A DNA stretch of 64,000 bases from Octopus sinensis (taxonomy: Eukaryota), in contig NC_043000.1 in the NCBI RefSeq assembly GCF_006345805.1, positions 85,622,001-85,686,000 of the forward strand, in the 5' to 3' direction. This document shows, piece by piece, positions 51,909 to 61,500 of the stretch (position 1 is its first letter; every line of letters begins with the position of its first letter). The notes beneath the pieces are model-generated. The model searched no databases and was not told where the DNA came from. It was given only the letters and a program-made list of their open reading frames with translations. The position numbers and the translations under genes are program-made.

Positions 51909-53210
51909 TTCATTTAGCAGCTTTCCAAATGATATTGTTCTTGAATAATGCAATGATCTTACTAAAAAAAAGATAATATTTTATAAAGTTGAAATATTGA
52001 ATTTATCGATACTAAAACAAAAGGTAAATTATTTCATTAACTTAGTATTTAAAAAAAATTTTATGTAAGAAGCTTACAGTAGAAACTGATTTTGTGTGTA
52101 ATTTGTAAAATCATCATATTCCTGCATGATATCATTGATCATGATGCAGGAATATTATGATCTTGTAAAATACAGATGTATGATAACTTCAATGAAGACT
52201 TAGATTTATTTTCAAGGTGATGTATTATTAGCCTTAATAAGATAAGCTTTACTTTTTCTTTGACATAGCATTTGTATTTGTAATATAAATCAAGCTATAA
52301 ACCCCAAACAATATATCCCCAAAATATAACATATGGCCCACTGTGTATATTTCATCATTAGCACATTTCAGTCACCATCAGTATTTGTATTATACTCTTT
52401 AACCTCCAGATACAATATGATGCTTTTGAAAATTCAATTTGAAACTCTTGATAAGGTATATGTTGCTGTATATTTGGTATGTAACAAAAACATTATACAG
52501 TTATGTGTATGCATACAAACAGATGTGTAAACAACATCAGTCCTGCCTATCCTGTTTGATGCCCCAATATATTATGTGCTTGAAGTAGTTATCCAAAATG
52601 TCTCAGTTCCTCTTCAAATATTCCCTTTGGTATATACAGAAATTTTCTTGCACAGTATGCATCCCTACAGCTATGAACTTACGAACCCTATCTTCATCTG
52701 CAAATGAATTTGCATTCTTTAGATCTGTTATATAACATAATGCACCATACAGCGTAGTATTGGTTTATTTTATGTGAGGTCTTCTGCCTCTGCTCTTAAG
52801 TATTTTAAGGATATAACTACTATTAATACTCCAGTAGATTCAACCTCACTACATTCAGCTAAATCATAATTAATATTTTCCAATTCTCTTATCAACTTCT
52901 CTGTAATTATTTAACACCAACATTACACTTATTTTCTTTTATCTATCTATCATATATATATATAAAAAGCACCATCCGATCGTGGCCGTTTGCCAGCCTC
53001 GTCTGACACGTAAAAGCACCCACTACACTCACGGAGTGGTTGGCGTTAGGAAGGGCATCCACCTGTAGAAACATTGCCAGATCAAACTGGGCCTGGTGCA
53101 GCCTTCTGGCTTCCCAGACCCCAGTTGAACCGTCCAACCCATGCTAGCATGGAAAGCGGACGCTAAACGATGATGATGATATATATATATATACATACAC
53201 ACACACACAT

Positions 53211-53283
<73 letters not shown>

Positions 53284-53880
53284 GTATATATATATGTATA
53301 TATATATGTATATATATATGTATATATATATGTATATATGTATATATATATGTATATATATATGTATATATGTATATATATATGTATATATATATATATA
53401 TGTATATATATGTATATATATATATATATCAAATCAAAACAAATCAAAATAGATGAACATCAATGGAATTTGTATCTTTGTGGTACCAGTGCCGGTGGCA
53501 CACAAGAAAATCATCCGAACGTGGCCGTAGCCAGTACCGCATAGACTGGCCTCCGTGCTTTGGGGACGTAACAAACACCATCCGATCATGGCCGTCCGCC
53601 AGCCTCGTCTGCCAGCCTCGTCTGGCACCTGTGTCGGTGGCACATAAAAACACCATCCGAGCGTGGCCGTTCGCCAGCCTCGTCTGGCACCTGTGTCGGT
53701 GGCACATAAGATCACCCACTACACTCTCGGAGTGGTTGGCGTTAGGAAGGGCATCCAGCTGTAGAAACACTGCCAGATCTGACTGGCCTGGTGCAGCCTT
53801 CGGGCTCCCCAGACCCCAGTTGAACCGTCCAACCCATGCTAGCATGGAAAACGGACGCTAAATGATGATGATGATATATG

Positions 53881-53935
<55 letters not shown>

Positions 53936-55558
53936 GCGTGCACACACACACAAGTGTGTGTGTGTATATTGTAAATGCAATAAACAAAAAAAAAGATAAA
54001 TGACAACATGAAAGGGATAAGTCTTAACATATTGGATGCTTGTCTTTCATCAGAAGAATATTATTGGGTGAGTGAGAAAGAGGAAACGGGATTGAAAAAA
54101 CATAAAAAGCAAGAAAAACAGGAAAGGGTTATGAACAAGATAGGAATGCAGCTCTATAGATTAAGTTGAGACAAGAGGAGGGAGCAAGTGTATGTGTTGC
54201 ATGTATTTGTGTTTTGAGATAGGCATATGGAAGGAGTTGTGTGTAGTATTTTGAGGATGGTGGGTATTTGGTGATGTTTTGGATTTTTTTGAGAGAGAGA
54301 GAGAGAATAAAATTAGTGAGACTCATTGAGGGGAAAGCAGATTGTGATAGAGATGCACATGTCAGAGTGTAACAGGAGAAAAAAGAGAACTTTTTAAATG
54401 AACAAGAGAAGCAAAATAGAGAGAGAAGATAAGTGAGAGAAAAATTGGAGAAATATAAATTACAATACCACTAATAAATAAGAACAATTAAATCCATACA
54501 TTATAACACTGGTGAAGAGTCCAGGAAAGTTGGAATGCCCATAATATGGTGAGGAACTGATAAAAGAGGCATGTACTGAATGTTCCAGAAATATTTATCT
54601 ATCATATTTTTGTAATTACTCATAATATATACAAGAGAGGGCAATCAAACTTCTTAAATTATAAGAACTATATTTTACCTATCTGATACGTGAATCAGAT
54701 TTCAAAACAACTACCTCTTACTTTGTTCATGGCCTGCAACTGAGTAGATACTGAATTGCAACACTTCTTCATAAAATTTACTCCATGCAGTAAGAATTCT
54801 TTCAATAAGATTTACTCCATGCAGTAAGATTCTTTCAGATCCACCACACTTGTGCATGAGATAGACATCACTCCCTAAGACAAATGAAACAAAAAAGTCC
54901 TTTGGGTTGATGTCTGGGCTTGAGGGAGAACAGAAGTTCTTGTACCCAAAACTGCAAAAATGCTCTCTGTACCATTTTTGCATAAAATTTGAGGTGTGGA
55001 TGGGGCACTGCCCTGGATGAAAACATACTTGTTTCCAAATGATTTATTTGACTAAGGCAACATATTTTCTTCCAACATTTTGACATAAACTGTGCTATTT
55101 ACATTAACACCTTCGTAAATGAAGATCAGAGGAGACTTAGGTCTATCAGATGCTACAGCAGCCCACACCATGACTCCAGCTGGTTTCTGATGATAAAAAT
55201 GGGCTTGGCTCCTTTCAGACATCAGCAGCATACAGCCTGTCATTCTGTTTGTTCATAACAATTTGATAACATTTAACTTGGGACACCATATTTGTTGACA
55301 AAAATATTACAGAGAAACAAAACTATAAACACTTAAAGCTGAAACATACACAAATCACTGTGTACAATCAAAAATACAATGCTTTGTTCAATATTTTTTT
55401 TAATCATCAGTAAATCTTTCTGGGACACCTGGTAGCAAGGCAAGTAGAATACAATAGATATGTGAGCATGTATAAATGATATAAGCATTTATACTTGAAA
55501 AAGAACTAAGTGTTGACAACAGGGATTCATCTAGCCATTATATATACATACACACATG

Positions 55559-55589
<31 letters not shown>

Positions 55590-58500
55590 CTGAGGTGCTG
55601 TATGTATGTATATATTTATAAAACAAAATGTTTGTATAATACTAAAATTCAGTTTCTCTTTATTTGTGTGAGTGTTCTATGTTTTTAGACTAAACTAAAT
55701 ATTGTTGCCATAACTTGTTTCAACCTATTTACTTTGAATTATAAGCCCTCTTGTTTGAAAAATTCCAATAGAAACCTTAAAACAGAAGGATTTTGTTCAT
55801 TTTTATACCAACATATGAGAAAAATTTGATGCCATTTTTGTTGATGACAAACACAACATAATGAATGTGCAAACACTCACATATGCATGTTATAAGACAC
55901 ATGTTAACAGGTGGACAAATGAAAGGAGAATGCAAAGAACAGGTACATACATGTACATATGAAAACAAGCACATACATACATTTAGACAAAATGTTGTTC
56001 AGAATGAATACACACACACAATTCTTTCAAAGAAAAATGTCTAAATTCATTCAAAGAATGAAGAGAGAAGTTTTCATTGTATCTTGCATAATTTTCAAGA
56101 TCTCACACTCTCTTTTACTATTTTTGTCAGGATGGAAAAAATTCAGGGAACTACTATCTCTGTTGGCAGCAAGAGGATTCTCTCTCTGAGCAAAATGGCA
56201 GATTGTACATTGCTTGTACAGATTGTACATTTCTCAACATCACTATCTTTGCTATGACAAGATAGATCTAGTGACACAGGGACCCAAGATGAGTTGTATC
56301 TCCTCCTAACCTGAGGAGACTGAGAAAACCTCATTAGTCAGAACTGCCTTAGAGCTGGATTAGTTTATTTTCCTTTCAAGGTATACTCCCTCACTATTTG
56401 TCTTCCTGAACTTCCTCACAAGGCAGTAGTTAAGTACTGGAGTATATTCACCAGGGTGAGACTTAACACTCTATCTCCAGGGTTTACTGCTGTTTCAAGA
56501 TCTCCTGCTGAGTTAATCATGAATTGCATAGCCTCCATTTGTTATTGTTACCACAAAAGAGGCTGGTTGGAATAATATATACATGCATGCACGTGCCCAC
56601 ACACACACACACAATATTCTTTTGTTTTAATATTGAATTATGTGTGTTTAATGTTTATCCTTAAAAATCTTATTTGCATTTTTTGAATGTCTTAACTAGA
56701 ATGCTTTATAACGAGTATGAAAGACCACTAACCACATCACACCTTATATACTTTTGAGGCCCCTTAACAATTGCAATTTTTCTATGCCTCTTATAACTTG
56801 ACAATTCATTTACCTGCTATAAAAATTGGTTGCTTTCCTTTCCATGCTATATGTTGTTTCATTTTTAGAATGAATTTCATAAGTATTGTTTGAATGATAC
56901 AACTATAAATTTTTTTTTTATTTTTTATTTCACCATTCCAAAGTGCTTTGAAACATGTTGCAATGCTTTGCTGCTGCTAAAGTCATAAATCCTTCAGTTT
57001 ATCCAAAAAGACAAAAAATGATTTATCATTAATACTTGTTTGTGTTATAATCCTTATTAATGTTGGATTGTTATAATGCCCACTTCTGTATACAGTATAC
57101 TCAGTAAAACCAGTAAAGACATGACTATCTCTGACTACCTACTATGTACTCTGGTACTTCACATACTTCTCTTTACTTATAGTGGCTAGGTTATTCCATT
57201 CATCACGTGGGAGGGGTGAACTATTATTACTAATTCCCTACAACATCTCCCCTTTAATGTTTTTCTTAGGCAATGTCATTTTATTTAGTAATAATTTTTT
57301 TTATTCATCCCACCTCCGTTTTTTGAGTGGGCGGTTCCATACAATTTAATATTTTTTGCACTTGACATCCATTTTCAGGAACTCCATATGTTTTCTTTTC
57401 CTCTCACTTGAACGCTGGGTTCAATTACCTGCAGTGGCATTGGTACTTGGAATGTATCGTACAACCATTCCATCGGTTCACTTTCCACAAATCTCTTTTT
57501 CAGTTGGTTCTGGTGTTTCTTTTGTATGTCTTTACTTATACCCAATACATCATTTTACCTATGCACTTGGTAATTACGCCATCTTCCCAACTCTGCTTTC
57601 CATTTATGTATGCCCTCATATACACTTTTTCACCAACTTTAAAGAATCTTGCTATGTCTTCCCTGGCATTCTTTCTTTTCTTGCCAGGTAGCAATTTATC
57701 GAAGATTGATTTTACTTTCTCTGCAAACATCAGCTCACTGGTGATCTACCCGCTGTTGTATTTGGATTTGGTGTCACACGATACACTCTTAAAAATTGTT
57801 GTAGAGCTACCTCATCCGTGACTTCCTTCTTTGATTTTCTAAAGGCTCTTTTGAAGGTATCGACAAAGTGTTCTGCCTGTCCATTAGATCTGGGATGGCA
57901 TGGCGCTGTAGTTATATGTTCTACTGCAAACGTTTCACAAAATTTTTAAAATTCACTAGACACAAATTACATTCCTTTGTCAGACACTATTTTGTCTGGG
58001 ATGCCAAATCTTGCAAACAATTCATGTAAAAAATTTATCACAGTTGAGGAAGTTGGTTTTTTACACTTGCAAACTTCAATTCATTTTGAGAAATTATCAA
58101 CTACAATTATGTAGTAAGAACCATTTAAAGGACCAGAAAAATCAATGTGTAGTCTCAACCATGGAACATCTACTTTTGAAAAATGTTTACTTTTTATCAT
58201 GGGTAATTTTTCATTTTGTTTTGGCTTACATACAGGTGTTCCACTTTGTTTTACTGCAATTTTTTGTTTTAGTCCCTCAGTCACATTTGAACCTTCAACT
58301 GAACTGACTATATTTCCACACAAAACACCTATGGGTGTATCCCAGTTTGAATAGTTCCATCCACTCTGTGCCAAATCGATTAATACATATATCTTAGCCT
58401 TTTTTTGTTTGACCTCGGAATGTTACACTACATTGGAATTCACTGAAACAATATAATCATTTTCCCGTAACACCATGTGCTACCTTTCTAGATTTAATTC

Positions 58501-61500
58501 ACTTCGGCTTACCGACATATTTCCACACTTTTTCATTTATAATGGTGATGTCACTACTAGTGTCCAATTGAATTTTAACACTTGTATTTCTGATTTTTGC
58601 CTTCACGAATTTTCTAATCTGACGTTTTGTCATCTTTGTTCTACAGTGCATCTTTATATGTCCTGTATTACCACAGTAAAAGCATTCCACTTTCTTAAAT
58701 GGAGAATTTTTCCTCGGGTGTATACCTCCACAAGCAAAACATGGGTTTATTTCCTGGTTTTTAGAAAACACTATATTTCTATTCTGACTATTTTGCACTT
58801 GTTTTACTTGGAAACAATCTTTACATTCAATTTCCTCTGTGCCGTGTCATAATTTGACTATCCTTTCACATTCTACAAATTCAACTGGGGTAGGATGATG
58901 TTATAAATAACTCATTTCCATTAATATAATATTTTGGGCAAATGTTTTCTGTGGAAACCATGTTTTTAAGTAATATAGAGTACATGATTTGAAATAAATG
59001 AACAAAATATTATTCACTTAGATACAAAAATACTTTAATTTCCAAATTTTGGAAGATTAAAAATTAATCTCCGTAATTATAATTTTGATTTAAAATAAAA
59101 ATTGAAATATTGCATTGTTTGTTTTTTCGGATTTAGCAACATTTAAATCCATTGTTAAGTTCCTGTAACATACTATGAACCACAGTGTATTAAATACTTA
59201 TAATCAAGGTGCAAACCTAGTCGTGTGATTAAAACACTATACAACTACGTAACTTCAAGTTTGATCCTATTGTGTAACATTTTTGGCAAATGTCTTCTAC
59301 TTTAACCTCAGGTTAACCAATGTCTTGTGAAATTTGATAAAAGAGTTTATTTGAAACAGGACATTTTTTATAGATGAATGCTCTTGCTGTAACCAGTCTT
59401 TGTTTTTCAACTAAGGGATTTTCTTTGTTCCACTGGTCTTTGAAAGCAATGTCAACAATGTACACGCAACATTATTTCAAACTGATACTGATAGTGGTGT
59501 GTGTCTCTTCATGTTTTCGTCTTCACATTGATACTTGTGGTGACCTTTATGTCCTGTAGTTTGATATGTGAAGATCAGGGGAATTAAAGTTTCTTACTTG
59601 AAAATAATATCAGCATAAGAGAAAGCACTCAGTTGTGGAATACTACTTCAAAAAGTCTAATTCACCATAAAAAAGCAGACATAAAAACAATGATAATATT
59701 GAATCATAAATTTATCTGAAAATGAAATCAAGTAACATTTTGAAAATAGCATGTGTGTATACCTAGGACTAAATATTCAGTTAATCAAATGAAACATTGA
59801 TTCTGTTTGTTGCCAGTGCCACCTGACTGGCTTCCATGCTGGTGACACATAAAAAGCACCATTCGAGTGTGGTCGATGCCAGTACTGCCCGACTGTCATA
59901 TAAAAAGCACTCACTACACTCTCGGAGTGGTTGGCATTAGAAAGGGCATCCTTGCAGATCAGATTGGAGCCTGGTGCAGCCTCCTGGCTTTCCAGTCCTC
60001 AGTCAAATTGTCCAACCCATGCCAGCATGGAAAGCAGGTGTTAAATGATGATAGTGGTGGTGGTGGTGGTGGTGGTGGTGATGATGATGATGATGATGAT
60101 GTAGCTTAGATTAATTCTGTATTGAAGTAGCAGCATGTCTGATAAGTAATTTAAGTAATTTGCTGTGACAGTATTGTTGAAAAAGCATAAATCTTTGCAA
60201 TACTGTTATTTATTCTTAATATACTCTGGCAGATTCAAGCATGAATATATGATTGCTTTATTGTTTGGATTTTTGCTGTTCTATATGCACCCGATGAATA
60301 TAAACTCTTTGATAATAGGCTATCTGAATTGTGTTATAGCTTTTAATATAGAGTATGTTATAGAGTACAGCTTAAAAACAAGTATAATAATTCTTAGTAA
60401 TGCAATTTTAGAAATCTTGTTTTATTGAAACTTTCTGTAGTCTATCTTTTATGAGACATGTTTCTCTTTAGATAAAAGAAAGGTAAAACAAAAGAAAGAA
60501 ATCTCAAAGCTAAAAGACAAGTGAAGTTTACCAACTATACATTTAGTTTGAATAATAAAGAATTTTTGGTTCTTCACATTAAAATATATTGCTTTTAAAC
60601 TACTAATTACGAACTTAAATAAACTTACTTATTAAATAGTTTCATAAAATTCAAAATAATTTACTTCCTTGATAAAAAATAATTATATAAGTATTTTGAA
60701 ATAGTGAAGTAAAGGAGATGGATTAAGCAAGAACTGCAAATATTATATTAAGGATCATTTTGAAATCAAAAAGAAATAAGGCAGCTATGGTGGATGTGGT
60801 TATGAAATTGGGATGTATACCCACTGAAAGTTTATTTAAAAAATGGCAATATATATATATATATATATATATACTTTGACACTAAATACATTGAATATTT
60901 GCATTCAGTTTCTAGTTGCATAACTCATCAGTTGTTTAAGAGAAAAATAAATAATTAAAATCTTTGAGATTTTTTTTTTGTTCTTTTATATATTATCTTA
61001 CAACTCACATGAAACATGTTTTGCTTTTTTTTTCCTGCTTACCAAACAAAATGTGCCTGCCATTTTTTTAACTAATTAATATTTCATTTGCATAAGGTAT
61101 AATACCTCTACTTATTACAAATATAATAATAGAATGTTTTTAGTATCTGCTTTTTAAGAAAATATTATACAAACATTTTAAGAATTTGTGCCCTGTTATT
61201 TATTAATCAACTTTCTTCCCATTTCTTCCTATAAACAAATCATATATCTTTGTTTTCAAAAAAGACATGCCTTTTGATATAAATTAACAAACAACTAATC
61301 ATCTTTTATTTTATTTTCAGAACTGGTTTCAATCGATACGGAGTATCATGATCCAGAGCTTTATCTTGTGGACTCCCCAAGACTTGAAAAGCTCAATGAA
61401 GGGCGTTATGTCAATGCACCTCCTTTTAATGGATTCTCTGGAGCAGGTTACCCTGAAACAAATCCAGCTCCCATTCCCGCTCTACCCCCAACTACTACTA

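Noticed and set aside
53163-53544. Ile/Tyr/Cys-rich ORFs (also 4264, 23866, 35378-36086, 51670)
   Set aside because: Translations of (TA)n/(TG)n microsatellites.
53434-53861. ORFs of 93-133 aa on both strands
   Set aside because: Same RTE-tail/VNTR sequence as at 42418; non-coding repeat.
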